Of a stretch of DNA of 64,000 nucleotides, positions 31,272 through 41,270 are shown piece by piece. The notes under the pieces were generated by a model. It saw only the letters and a list, made by a program, of their open reading frames with translations. It ran no database searches and was not told where the DNA came from. Position 1 is the stretch's first letter; every line of letters starts with the position of its first letter. The stretch is from an uncultured Desulfarculus sp. (GTDB taxonomy: Bacteria; Desulfobacterota; Desulfarculia; Desulfarculales; Desulfarculaceae). The DNA lies in contig CAXXUK010000001.1 in the NCBI GenBank assembly GCA_963665125.2, positions 3,656,811 to 3,720,810 of the forward strand, written 5' to 3'. Made by a program: the position numbers and the translations under genes.

Positions 31272-32660
31272 ATGGATTTCCTGATGGAAGATACAATAAC
31301 CGCTATTTCCACCCCTCCAGGAGAAGGGGGAATCGGAATTATCCGCGTTAGCGGGAAAAAATCCCTGGAGATTGTGGGAGAAATTTTTAAATCACCGGGA
31401 AATATTCCAGTGGAAATTACACCCAGGAAAGTCCATTACGGGTATATTGTGGATCCTGAGACCAGCGACAGAATCGATGAAGTTATAGTTACCTTTATGA
31501 AGGCTCCCCGTTCATATACAACCCAGGATGTAATCGAAATAAATTGTCATGGTGGTCCTGTAGTACTGAAGAAAGTCCTGGATTTGGTGATTTCCTGTGG
31601 CGCAAGGATCGCAGAACCGGGGGAGTTTACAAAGAGAGCATTCCTTGGGGGAAGAATAGATCTTGCCCAGGCTGAAGCAGTAATGGATATGATCCGGGCA
31701 AGAACGGATGAATCCCGAAGGGTGGCTTTTTCGCAGCTGAAGGGGGAGTTGTCACACCTTATCAATCAACTCCGGGAAGATCTTATAGAATTTCTCATTC
31801 AGCTGGAAGCAAGGATAGACTTCTGTGAGGATGACATCGCTCCGCTGGATCCCGGCTTCAAACTGGAGCAGGTGGATAAGATTCAGGAAGAGATAAAGCG
31901 GATCCTGGAAAATTTCGAAAAGGGCAAGATTTATCGTGAAGGAATCAGGGCCAGTATCATAGGCCCTCCCAATGTGGGCAAATCCACCCTTATGAATACC
32001 CTTCTGGGGGAGGAGAGGGCGATTGTTACTCATATCCCCGGAACCACCAGGGACAGAATCGAGGAAACCATCAATCTTAAGGGAGTCCCGTTAATTCTTA
32101 TTGATACCGCAGGACTGCGTAAAAGTGATGACCTGGTGGAATCCATCGGTATGGAGAAGACCAGGGAATCAATGAAAGAAGCGGATCTAATCCTTTTTAT
32201 GTTGGATGCTTCAGAAGACAACGAAGAGAACCTGATGGAAATTCTTAATTTTCCCGATCCTGAGAAGAGTTTGCTCATCATGAACAAGGTTGACCTGGGG
32301 AAAAATTATCCCCGTAAACTCATTGAGGGGTATTTCCCGGCAGATAGAATTGCTGAGGTTTCTTTGAAGGATCGGAAGAACCTGGAGATGCTGGAAGAAA
32401 AAATAGTAAACATGGTCTTCAGTGGTAAGGCCGGTTCCGCTGCAGATGTGATACTCTCCAACGCCAGACACCGTGACGCACTGAAAAGAACCGCCAGGCA
32501 TCTGGATAACGCCCGTAACTCCATTATGGAGAATATGCCGGATGATTTTATTACCATAGACCTGAAATCCGCTCTGGACTCCCTGGGAGAAATTGTAGGC
32601 AAAGTTACGGTAGATGACCTGCTGGAAAGGATCTTCTCCAGTTTTTGTATCGGGAAATGA
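31272..32660 (+). CDS. mnmE: tRNA modification GTPase MnmE
   Basis: DTITAIST, GEFTKRAF, GPPNVGKS, GTTRD, DTAG, NKVD, C-terminal FCIGK. Confidence 0.98.
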   Translation: MDFLMEDTITAISTPPGEGGIGIIRVSGKKSLEIVGEIFKSPGNIPVEITPRKVHYGYIVDPETSDRIDEVIVTFMKAPRSYTTQDVIEINCHGGPVVLKKVLDLVISCGARIAEPGEFTKRAFLGGRIDLAQAEAVMDMIRARTDESRRVAFSQLKGELSHLINQLREDLIEFLIQLEARIDFCEDDIAPLDPGFKLEQVDKIQEEIKRILENFEKGKIYREGIRASIIGPPNVGKSTLMNTLLGEERAIVTHIPGTTRDRIEETINLKGVPLILIDTAGLRKSDDLVESIGMEKTRESMKEADLILFMLDASEDNEENLMEILNFPDPEKSLLIMNKVDLGKNYPRKLIEGYFPADRIAEVSLKDRKNLEMLEEKIVNMVFSGKAGSAADVILSNARHRDALKRTARHLDNARNSIMENMPDDFITIDLKSALDSLGEIVGKVTVDDLLERIFSSFCIGK

Positions 32661-33045
32661 CAATGAACAATATCCCGAAATAAAATGGCTGCAATGGTTG
32701 GAGGAATTTAGAACGGCTTGCTACCAACTTTCCGGCGAAATAAAGATGATAAACAAGTGGTTGGGGGAGAGTGTTGGGCTGGTATGAGTCATTACGAGAT
32801 GTGCTTTTGATACAAAAGTTTCCAGGAAAAAATTTAATTCTTGTTTTACAAAAAGAAATTTTGAAGACTGGACTCCCTTATATATATATGAAAAGTAGAG
32901 CCTGCTTCCAGCAGGTTTTCAAAAGAAAAGATTCTTATTCAGACTTTTTCCTATAGAGGGGACATTCCTTTTCTTATATGATGGGACATCGGGGTTGGAA
33001 ATAACTTCCTGTAAAAACCGAAATAATTAAACAAACTTTCTTATA

Positions 33046-33077
33046 TTTTCCAAAAACAACAAACTCGGTTCCCTATA
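33046..33077 (+). promoter_or_regulatory. conserved motif copy 1 (TTTTCC...AACTC-N3-TCCCTATA)
   Basis: ttttccaaaaacaacaAACTCggtTCCCTATA. Confidence 0.65.
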
Positions 33078-33276
33078 TCTCTATAGAGGCAGAAAAACGA
33101 AGCAGCCAAACAAGCTGAACAGTTATACCGAGCTTACCGGGGAATCTTATCATTCTGCCATCTATAGAAAAGCTTCTTCGAGTTCACCTAAAAAGAAAAT
33201 CTGCATGGTTACTCCTGAAAAATGAGTTTGTCCGTTTACTGAGCCTAAGCAGGAAATTTAATAGATTGCTACGGAA

Positions 33277-34529
33277 ATGTCTTATAACTATCTGAAACAG
33301 GAAAGAAGGTTTTGGAAATTGTCAGATGATTTTAAGGGCAAATATCAGGAAATTATTCTGGAGTCAGGTTTGGAAGAAGCGTTGATCACTTACAGGGAAA
33401 AAATTATTGAGAATCGACTGGATGATGAGGAGACTGCAGAATTGATGGAAAGGTTGCATTTTCTCCTGGTAGAGATTATTAAATTTACATTGTGCTATTA
33501 TTCCCACCTGGTGAATGAGCAGCAAATCTGTGATAATTTGAATGAATATGTAGATATGCTGTCATTAAGTCTTTTGAAAGGCGGATGTGATTGCAGCTCC
33601 AACCGTTGTTATCAGCAGCATACCTGTCTTACTGGCTTGATCATCGTGAGGAAAAGAAGCTATGGCAATTTCTCCTCATTGCCGTCAGGGGTGATGTGAA
33701 GCTTAAAGGGAGGGAGAAAGCGTTTCCTTACAGTATGCTTTTTAGAGAGCTTAAAGAAGATTTTGCATTTGCTCAAAGACCTGTAGTTTCTAATGAGTGT
33801 TCCTGCCTTGCTCCCGGTGGAATCAAATCAAATTTTTTCAATTATTGGAAAACCAGATGTGATGAATGTAATACCATATTCGACGAAACAAAAATGAAGA
33901 GAATTGAAAGACAGAGGATTATTCTGGAAAGTAAGTTTGAGAAGATGGAGTTTTACAAATGTAAGGATGAAGACTGTGAAAATATGTACCTCAGGCAGAA
34001 AGGGAAATGTCCCATAACAGACTGTAAAACATCTCATCCACAGAGAATATCCCGTTCTTTTGTGAAGACCGGCAGAATGGAAGTCAATTCTTCTGATGAT
34101 GCAAACGAGAATCTTTTAAGGAGCGATGAGGATGGATATTGCCAGATAGAAAACTCTGAAAAGTTTAGAAACTTCATTAAAGAAATGATACTGAAACATC
34201 CCTGGAGCCTCATTCTGGCGATTAACCTCTATGAATACAGGTTATCAGGAGGGAATTTGCTCTCTAATCCAGAGCTTTTTCAGAGTATCCTTGAGTGTAA
34301 ATGGAATCCGTCTGATATGGAATGGTTTAATAATATGCTGGCATTTACTGTGGGGGATGAGAAAAAATATGACATACCCATAAAGGACATCCGAAAGAAC
34401 CTGTTGACCTGTAAAATAGAATTAAAAGGCAGGGGAGTTGATACTACCGGGAATTCAACGGAAATAAAGCTGAAGATTGGAGAGCTTGCCGATTTATTCC
34501 GGGAAATACTGCTGCGGCATCTCTCCTGA
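33277..34529 (+). CDS. divergent sigma-factor-like protein with Zn-binding Cys clusters, split by one frameshift near 33620-33635
   Basis: overlapping ORFs 33277-33699 and 33591-34529 join into ~417 aa; region-2-like helices (LMERLHFLL..., W-DHREEKKLWQFLLIAVR), CxCx4Cx3H plus several Cys pairs, helical C-terminus; the sigma call is inference. Confidence 0.4.
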
Positions 34530-34565
34530 TATGAGAGAAGAAATCAGAGCTATGGAGGTTATCCA

Positions 34566-35642
34566 ATGAAAAATGAGATTCTTGATGATTTAAAACAAAC
34601 CCTGGAAAGTATAAGCGTTTCCATACAACCATCTCCCGCTGAAATGGTCAAAATTGAGCCTCACCCGGCAGGCGGACGGATGTCGAAGGAAGAGAAGATT
34701 AACCGCCTTCGCTCCGTCATAAAGGGCAGTAAGGCAGAAAAGCTGGAGGCTCTGGAGATGCTGAGAAATTCATATCTTCCCGATGATGCTGTATTTATCC
34801 TTAATGCCATTGACGACGAAGAACCCGAAGTCAGGGCGTTTGCCGCAAAATTGGCGGGAGAGTTGAAGATAAGGGAAGCCCTGGGGGATTTGAAAATACA
34901 TCTGGAAGATGAGTCGGACGAGGTGGCGGAGGCGTCTCTCGATTCCGTAATGCTTATTGAAGACCCCTTTATTGCGAAGGTAGTTCAATGTGTATTCAAA
35001 TCTGGCAAGGAAGTGGATATTTTATGCAAGGTTCTGACAACACCGGAGAGAGATGGCTTTGATGTGGGAGTTACGCTTTTCACAAAAGACCGGGAAATTA
35101 AAATTCCTTCGGATTTTCAGATGGCGGTTAGGGGAAAGCTTCAATCAGGGGCGGTTCTGTTTCCCCGCAAGGAAGCCCTGAAACGGGGCAGGCATATTCT
35201 TTTCCAGAACCTTCCTCCGGGAGAGTTTAAACTTCTCCCCGGTGAATCGGTTTGTTCATTCCGGGGAGAGGGAATTGTCAGGGAAATATCCTTCAAGGGA
35301 GAGAGGGTGGCAGCTTCCGCCGGTGAAACCCATCCGGAAATCTGGAGGCTGGAGACCGATAACATCAATATGAGCTGCACACTGGAGATGGAGCCTGACG
35401 GGAACCTGATAATCCGTTTCTCACTGATGAATTATCCCCTGAAGAGAATCACGGTGGAGTTCCAGGTTATCAGTAAAGAAAACCACAGAATTCTTACCGT
35501 TGACAGGGCAGGAAGCAAAGTCCCCTTTACGGGTGAGATAGAACTGGAGCCTGTGGGAAAAGAGCTTTTTGGTGAAAAGATTATGGGCAGACTCGATTCC
35601 ATAGATGTGAATGATTTTTTTGTGATTGTATATTTTAAATAA
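34566..35642 (+). CDS. HEAT-repeat plus beta-sandwich protein (candidate anti-sigma / protease substrate)
   Basis: RBS ggaggt; HEAT repeats (DEEPEVRAFAAKLAGE); two beta-rich domains separated by ERVAASAG. Confidence 0.6.
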   Translation: MKNEILDDLKQTLESISVSIQPSPAEMVKIEPHPAGGRMSKEEKINRLRSVIKGSKAEKLEALEMLRNSYLPDDAVFILNAIDDEEPEVRAFAAKLAGELKIREALGDLKIHLEDESDEVAEASLDSVMLIEDPFIAKVVQCVFKSGKEVDILCKVLTTPERDGFDVGVTLFTKDREIKIPSDFQMAVRGKLQSGAVLFPRKEALKRGRHILFQNLPPGEFKLLPGESVCSFRGEGIVREISFKGERVAASAGETHPEIWRLETDNINMSCTLEMEPDGNLIIRFSLMNYPLKRITVEFQVISKENHRILTVDRAGSKVPFTGEIELEPVGKELFGEKIMGRLDSIDVNDFFVIVYFK

Positions 35643-35662
35643 AAAACCGGGAGGCAAATAAT

Positions 35663-38600
35663 ATGACACAGGTAAAAGCTCAGGTGTTTACAAAAGCATT
35701 GAACCAGGCTTATGTGGATAAGAATTTTAAACAGGTTGCCGAGATTATGCTGGACAGTGCAGAAGTCCCTGATTCTGAATTTAAGCCTTATTTGGGAAGG
35801 TGGCTTTATGATACTTACAGTTATGGAACCAATGGAAATTCAGTTCATGGTGTCCCCATTCTTCTTGGTTGCAGAAGCCTGGTGGAGAAATCACTGGAAA
35901 ACCTTGATATGTCTGAAACGGTTTTTATACTGAAAGAATGGGAGAGGAAGCTTGATGAAATTTCCGGTAAGATTGACAACATCCTCATCTCAAGCCGTTA
36001 TATCTCCGAACCCCCTTCGACCCTGATAAGAGTGATATTCAATCTTGTCGAAAGCGCCCTTTATCTCAGGTTTCCCTTTCAGCAGGATAACATTGTCAGG
36101 TTTTACGATGCATTCAGGGACGCCCTCAATATAATCAGCGGAGAATCCCATCTTGCCGATAAAAAACAACAGGCTCCTCCTGAAATCCCCGTGAATGATG
36201 GCGAGAAAAGCATTGTCGCTGATTCCCTCCGATATTTTTCTTCTCTCCATAAACCCCGTTATATTGCCATCTGCTCCCATATTTTAAATTGGCTCCTGGG
36301 ATCCGCTCCCCGGTTGGAGAATTCATCGGTAGTTACTTTCCCTTATTATCGCGAATTTGAGGGAAAAACAGGCATTATCAGGCTGGAGCTTTACGGTGAA
36401 GGAACGGGAGAAATCTATCCTCACCCCGTCAGGTCGCCTTTTCTCAGATACGACATGGATGCGGAAAACTGTCTGAAAAATATTAAAGATTTCGCATCAG
36501 GGATACCGGGGCTTAAAGAGAAATTCCCAAATTATAATATTTCTCATGAAATCCTTGATAAATCTCCACGCTATCCCCTGAAAAACATCACAGATATCTC
36601 CTTCGGCGCAGCTTTTACCGCCGGTGTGCTCAATCTTTTCAGCGAAGCCCCCATCGACACCGACTGCTGCATCAGCGCAGGAATTGACGACACAGGAAAG
36701 CTTCTCCCCGTTTCCCACATTCCTGAGAAGATTGATGCTGCTATTAAAGCTAAGATGAGAAAGTTTGTCCTTTGCTGCGAGAACTATGAGAATGTGAAAC
36801 GTGAGTTTGCTGACCCGAAAATTCAGCTCATTCCCGCTGCCCGTATTGAGGAAGTAAACCAGGCGGCAACGGGGCTGACGGAAATGGTGGATAATTATCT
36901 CGGTCACCTGGAGGGCAATTTGAGGATGATGCCCCGTTATTATCCCGAAGGTTACGATATTGAGAGTCTCGCCGTGAACCTCATAATGCTGCAAAGGGAG
37001 GGGGATTCGCAAGGTGATGCTCACAGAAAGACTCCCCTTAAATTTAGCTGGAATGATGAAATTTTCTATCGCAACATAATTCTGGCGGACCCCGGATATG
37101 GAAAAACATGGCTTCTGAAGCATCTTGGCTCCAGGCTTCTCAATGGGTTGAAACGGGACATGAAAGAATCGGGTGGAAGTCTTTACGATATTGACCTGCC
37201 TGTATTTCTCAGGCTTGGTGATATAGCTTCCAGCCTCAGTGACAGGAATGATTTCGAAAATGCCCTTCTCGTCTGTATAATTGATAAATACTATTCAGGC
37301 GGCAATGAAGCTGAATTCGGACATTTTCTCAGGGAAAAACTGAGAAACAACACCCTCTTCCTGCTGCTTGACGCTCTGGATGAGGTGGATTCCGATAAAA
37401 CTGCCCTGCTGCGAAAACATCTTGACGAGTTCTGCCGGAAATACGACCGCTGCCCGGTGGTCATCACTTCCAGGAACACTGGTTTCCAGCCTTTCCGCAG
37501 GGAATTTCGCTTTGAAGAGATGGAGATACAAAAGCTGGACGATGAGCAAATCAGGGAATTCATCGGCAACTGGTTTGGAAGAAGTGAAAAAACAAAGGCT
37601 GTTGATAAACCTGATGATTCCTTCATTGAAGCGATTTACGGTGAACTTCGGAATGTCACATCAGTCCGCAACCTGTCCGGCATCCCCCTCTTTCTGTCCT
37701 TTTTATGCAAATTCCGTGAAGAAGGCAGTCTGAAAAACATTCGCAGGCGAAGAGATGTGTTTGAGAAAGCACTTTTGGGTATTATGACCTTTTGGCGCAG
37801 CGAAAAGACCTATGATGAAATGGGATGGACGGAAATTACCTTCATGCTGAGAGTCCTGGAACGGGTAGCGTATAAAATGTTTACAGGGGAAAAGGACCAG
37901 GCGGATGAAGAGAGCCTCCTCCAATACATAGAAGAAGCGTCGGAGGAAATTCAGGAATCCCACAAACAGGAAAAAACCTCCGGTCTGCGCCTCCCCGCAA
38001 AGTTCAAATCCTGGAGAAAAGAAGATATGCTGGCGGAAAACCTCCTGGACGAATTCATCAGAACAGGAATCCTGGTAAAATCCGGTACAGCCGGGAAACT
38101 GGGAGACGCGGAGCAATCAGGCACCTTATCGAAACCGGATTTCCACCAATCCAACAACTATCTCTTCATCCACCGCTCCTTCCTGGAATACCTGACAACC
38201 TCCCACATCGCCCGAAAACCCGACTGGCTGGAGGAACTGAAGCAGCACTTTGAAGACAGCAGATGGGAAGAGATAATTACTATGATGGCGGGGTTTTATG
38301 AGGGTAACGGCGGAGATGAAACAAAAGTCGCCACAAAAAGCAGTTCTGTTAATGTTTTGGAGATGGTTAATGCAATTATCGCTTACTCCGATAAAGTTGC
38401 TGATGAAAACCACTATTTAGAGATATTGGCAGGAAAATGCTTTATAGAATGGGACGAAAAGTTTCGTCAGGTTCCGGATGTTTATGAGGTTTTCAGCAGA
38501 CATATAAATAGGATGTTTGAGACAATTCACTCTATTGATTACTACAAAAGAAGCATTGGGATTAGAAAAATTAAAAATGCCTATGTGGATGTGCTTGCAG

Positions 38601-40435
38601 GCATCAGAGCTGATTCAATCGTCAATTATATCCTGGAAAACAGCCTTAATCTTGCTCCTGAGTATTACCAAATTCTTGGCAAAATGGGAACAGAAATTGC
38701 TATGAACGCCTTAATAAAGCTCTTGAAATACAATCTTGAAAACAAATTCATTTGTGAACAATTGAAATTCTATTTTTTCGAGATTGATTGGCAGGATTTC
38801 ATTCGTAATCTCAAGTTTCCTACAACGGAAAATTATAAATACATATTCGGGCTTCTGGATGAAGATACAAAAGAAATAATTAGACTGTGGTTGCCTGAAG
38901 AAGATTTAACTTCTTTCCAGACAAATAAATTAAAGCATAGTGTAGCTAACCTGTTAAAACGAGAGGACTTTTATCAAAAGGGGCTATTCTCTGAAATCAA
39001 TATTCCAAAGATAGAACAAGAAATGAAGAGCATTGGGCAGGGCAAATCGAAAGAAGAACAAGTTCTTGAATTCAATTGTCATTTATTGATTTCTTTTATA
39101 CCAAGGCGAACTTGCCTATTTATGTGTGATGGAGATAACCATCACTTGACTGCCTCACTTTTTAATTACAATAATCATAAAGTATATTCAGTGTTAGTCA
39201 AAAGTCCTTCGTCTGAAGTTATTAAATATTTGATGAAAGTTGATTTAAGTATGGCTCAGGAATGCTGGTTACATTTGTTGGAAGAAACTGATTTGCATTA
39301 TGGCTTCATTTCTTCTAATAGACAAAATTGCGGGGTCTTTGATTTTGAGCTAATGGTTGAAAATGGTATATACCAAGTAATTCCTTTTGCAATAAGTAAG
39401 TACAGAACCTTACAATCAAATATGAAACTAAAATTGGCAATGGCTATAGTAGGATGGGGAATAAAAGAACCTGGACCATTTCTGATAGAAAGATTAAAAG
39501 CCGGAGATGAATGTAATGTCTATGAACAAATGGACCTACATCCTCTTGATTCAACATTTTTAATTCATTTAGGAACTCTGGTAAAAATTGAAAATGAACA
39601 GATAGCACCACTATTAATAGATATATTGGAAGAAAATGTAGAAGAGAACGAATATTTAAATATTCGAAATAGATTTGGCGAACAATATTTTGAAAACCTA
39701 CATTATTGCAATTTTTTTCATGAATACAGTGAATATACAAAAGAAGAAGTTAAATTATTCACACTATATCAAGTAAAATTTGAAGCAAAAAAATCATTAC
39801 TAGATATATTAGCCGAGGTATGCAACGAAGAATATCTGGATATGATTAACAATGAAAGGATTTTACATGACCTTCCCGACCTGAATGATTTGAATCTCAC
39901 ACACCGGAAATCCCTTAATGAATACATAGAAGAAACTAAACAAAAAATCAGACTCAGAATAATAACAAAACAAAATACTGAAAAATTCAGAAGGATGTTT
40001 TACAATGAGTTAAAGCCACTCAACGAGAAATATGGCGTCTATGAAAGCAAAGATGATTATTCAACAATAAAGCCAATCCCTAAAGTCTTCTATTCTGTCA
40101 GAGCTATCTTGATGGGCTTGTCAATCCGTGAAGAAGAACTGGAAGATGATGAAAAAAACTATAAGGCAGAGATAAAAAATGCTTTGCTGAAATTATTGTC
40201 GAGTGTAACGAGACTGGAGATTATCTCCGAGATTCAGAGAATATTTAGGAATCTTGAAAATGAAACATTGGAGCTCATAGAAAAACATAGACAAGAGATT
40301 GCCCGATATATAGCCTCCAAATTAAGTCTCTCCAGTGACCACTACCCGTTCTTGCAGGATCTGATAAAGTTATTAAGAGACGAGAACATTACTGTAAGAA
40401 ATTTTGCCAGGGAACTGTACGAATTTATTCGATAA
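35663..40435 (+). CDS. Lon (S16)-type protease - NACHT/STAND NTPase fusion (NLR-like)
   Basis: DISFGAA...SAGIDDTGKLLPVSHIPEKIDAA with Ser313/Lys356 43 residues apart; Walker A ADPGYGKT; Walker B LLLDALDE; ITSR; IPLFL; FIHRSFLEYL; helical C-terminus. Confidence 0.88.
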   Translation: MTQVKAQVFTKALNQAYVDKNFKQVAEIMLDSAEVPDSEFKPYLGRWLYDTYSYGTNGNSVHGVPILLGCRSLVEKSLENLDMSETVFILKEWERKLDEISGKIDNILISSRYISEPPSTLIRVIFNLVESALYLRFPFQQDNIVRFYDAFRDALNIISGESHLADKKQQAPPEIPVNDGEKSIVADSLRYFSSLHKPRYIAICSHILNWLLGSAPRLENSSVVTFPYYREFEGKTGIIRLELYGEGTGEIYPHPVRSPFLRYDMDAENCLKNIKDFASGIPGLKEKFPNYNISHEILDKSPRYPLKNITDISFGAAFTAGVLNLFSEAPIDTDCCISAGIDDTGKLLPVSHIPEKIDAAIKAKMRKFVLCCENYENVKREFADPKIQLIPAARIEEVNQAATGLTEMVDNYLGHLEGNLRMMPRYYPEGYDIESLAVNLIMLQREGDSQGDAHRKTPLKFSWNDEIFYRNIILADPGYGKTWLLKHLGSRLLNGLKRDMKESGGSLYDIDLPVFLRLGDIASSLSDRNDFENALLVCIIDKYYSGGNEAEFGHFLREKLRNNTLFLLLDALDEVDSDKTALLRKHLDEFCRKYDRCPVVITSRNTGFQPFRREFRFEEMEIQKLDDEQIREFIGNWFGRSEKTKAVDKPDDSFIEAIYGELRNVTSVRNLSGIPLFLSFLCKFREEGSLKNIRRRRDVFEKALLGIMTFWRSEKTYDEMGWTEITFMLRVLERVAYKMFTGEKDQADEESLLQYIEEASEEIQESHKQEKTSGLRLPAKFKSWRKEDMLAENLLDEFIRTGILVKSGTAGKLGDAEQSGTLSKPDFHQSNNYLFIHRSFLEYLTTSHIARKPDWLEELKQHFEDSRWEEIITMMAGFYEGNGGDETKVATKSSSVNVLEMVNAIIAYSDKVADENHYLEILAGKCFIEWDEKFRQVPDVYEVFSRHINRMFETIHSIDYYKRSIGIRKIKNAYVDVLAGIRADSIVNYILENSLNLAPEYYQILGKMGTEIAMNALIKLLKYNLENKFICEQLKFYFFEIDWQDFIRNLKFPTTENYKYIFGLLDEDTKEIIRLWLPEEDLTSFQTNKLKHSVANLLKREDFYQKGLFSEINIPKIEQEMKSIGQGKSKEEQVLEFNCHLLISFIPRRTCLFMCDGDNHHLTASLFNYNNHKVYSVLVKSPSSEVIKYLMKVDLSMAQECWLHLLEETDLHYGFISSNRQNCGVFDFELMVENGIYQVIPFAISKYRTLQSNMKLKLAMAIVGWGIKEPGPFLIERLKAGDECNVYEQMDLHPLDSTFLIHLGTLVKIENEQIAPLLIDILEENVEENEYLNIRNRFGEQYFENLHYCNFFHEYSEYTKEEVKLFTLYQVKFEAKKSLLDILAEVCNEEYLDMINNERILHDLPDLNDLNLTHRKSLNEYIEETKQKIRLRIITKQNTEKFRRMFYNELKPLNEKYGVYESKDDYSTIKPIPKVFYSVRAILMGLSIREEELEDDEKNYKAEIKNALLKLLSSVTRLEIISEIQRIFRNLENETLELIEKHRQEIARYIASKLSLSSDHYPFLQDLIKLLRDENITVRNFARELYEFIR

Positions 40436-40467
40436 TTTCCTGAAAAATCCCAACTCAGCTCCCTATA
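40436..40467 (+). promoter_or_regulatory. conserved motif copy 2
   Basis: tttcctgaaaaatcccAACTCagcTCCCTATA; ATG of the next gene begins 37 nt after the motif end. Confidence 0.65.
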
Positions 40468-40503
40468 TACATGTGGATGAGTTAATTTGAAAGGAGAAAA
40501 GCT

Positions 40504-40812
40504 ATGAGAAACTGGTTAGAATCGGCAGAAGAGGTCTATGAAGGTGCGTTTACCGTTACCGGGTATGAGGAAGGAAGACCCAAACAAAGCCAGGGAAATG
40601 GTAATGTCAGGCTTGTTTGTTGCACTAAAGAGCGGAAAACCCTTGTATTCTGGGGAGTGGCCGGTGAAGACACATTAAATATCGACAGAGTATATGGCTC
40701 AAAGCTTCCCGTAAAGGTTCGCTGTCAATATATCGAGCCCCAGGATTGGGGAAAGGGATACGGGCACGACTGGTGGTGCCCCCAGAATGCAAAGATTGCA
40801 TTTGAATCATAA
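40504..40812 (+). CDS. small hypothetical protein (beta-rich)
   Basis: RBS aaggag; followed by a terminator. Confidence 0.75.
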   Translation: MRNWLESAEEVYEGAFTVTGYEEGRPKQSQGNGNVRLVCCTKERKTLVFWGVAGEDTLNIDRVYGSKLPVKVRCQYIEPQDWGKGYGHDWWCPQNAKIAFES

Positions 40813-40840
40813 AAGAAGGTAAGGAATCGATTCATTATCT

Positions 40841-40875
40841 AAAGAACCAATCACAATTTCCGGATTGGTTCTTTT
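40841..40875 (+). terminator. Rho-independent terminator
   Basis: AAAGAACCAATC...GATTGGTTCTTTT. Confidence 0.75.
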
Positions 40876-41202
40876 GTCTTTATCAAAAACATAGGCTGCT
40901 AATCACCTTCTATTGGAGGAATCTTCAGGTTACAACCAGGTATTCAGACATTTCAAAGATTTAATGCCTATTTCGTGTCCTGAAGAACACTTCTACCATA
41001 TTCCGGGTGAATTGATGTGAAAGAGCAGATTTACAATTACTGATTTAGAAATGAAAAATTATCTCTTTTACGCAGTCTTTCTGTAGGATGAGTTTTAGAC
41101 TCCCGATTTCTTCAACATTGATATTTAAATCGGTACAGTAATGTCCCTCCCACAGCACCTGACTTTATAGCCAGATAAATAATAAAGTGCTTAATCCGCT
41201 GA

Positions 41203-41234
41203 TTTTCCAAAATCCCCCAACTCCCCTCCCTATA
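41203..41234 (+). promoter_or_regulatory. conserved motif copy 3
   Basis: ttttccaaaatcccccAACTCcccTCCCTATA; ATG of the next gene begins 37 nt after the motif end. Confidence 0.65.
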
Positions 41235-41270
41235 ACATAGTGAAGACGAAAAACGAAAGGGGAGTCAACT

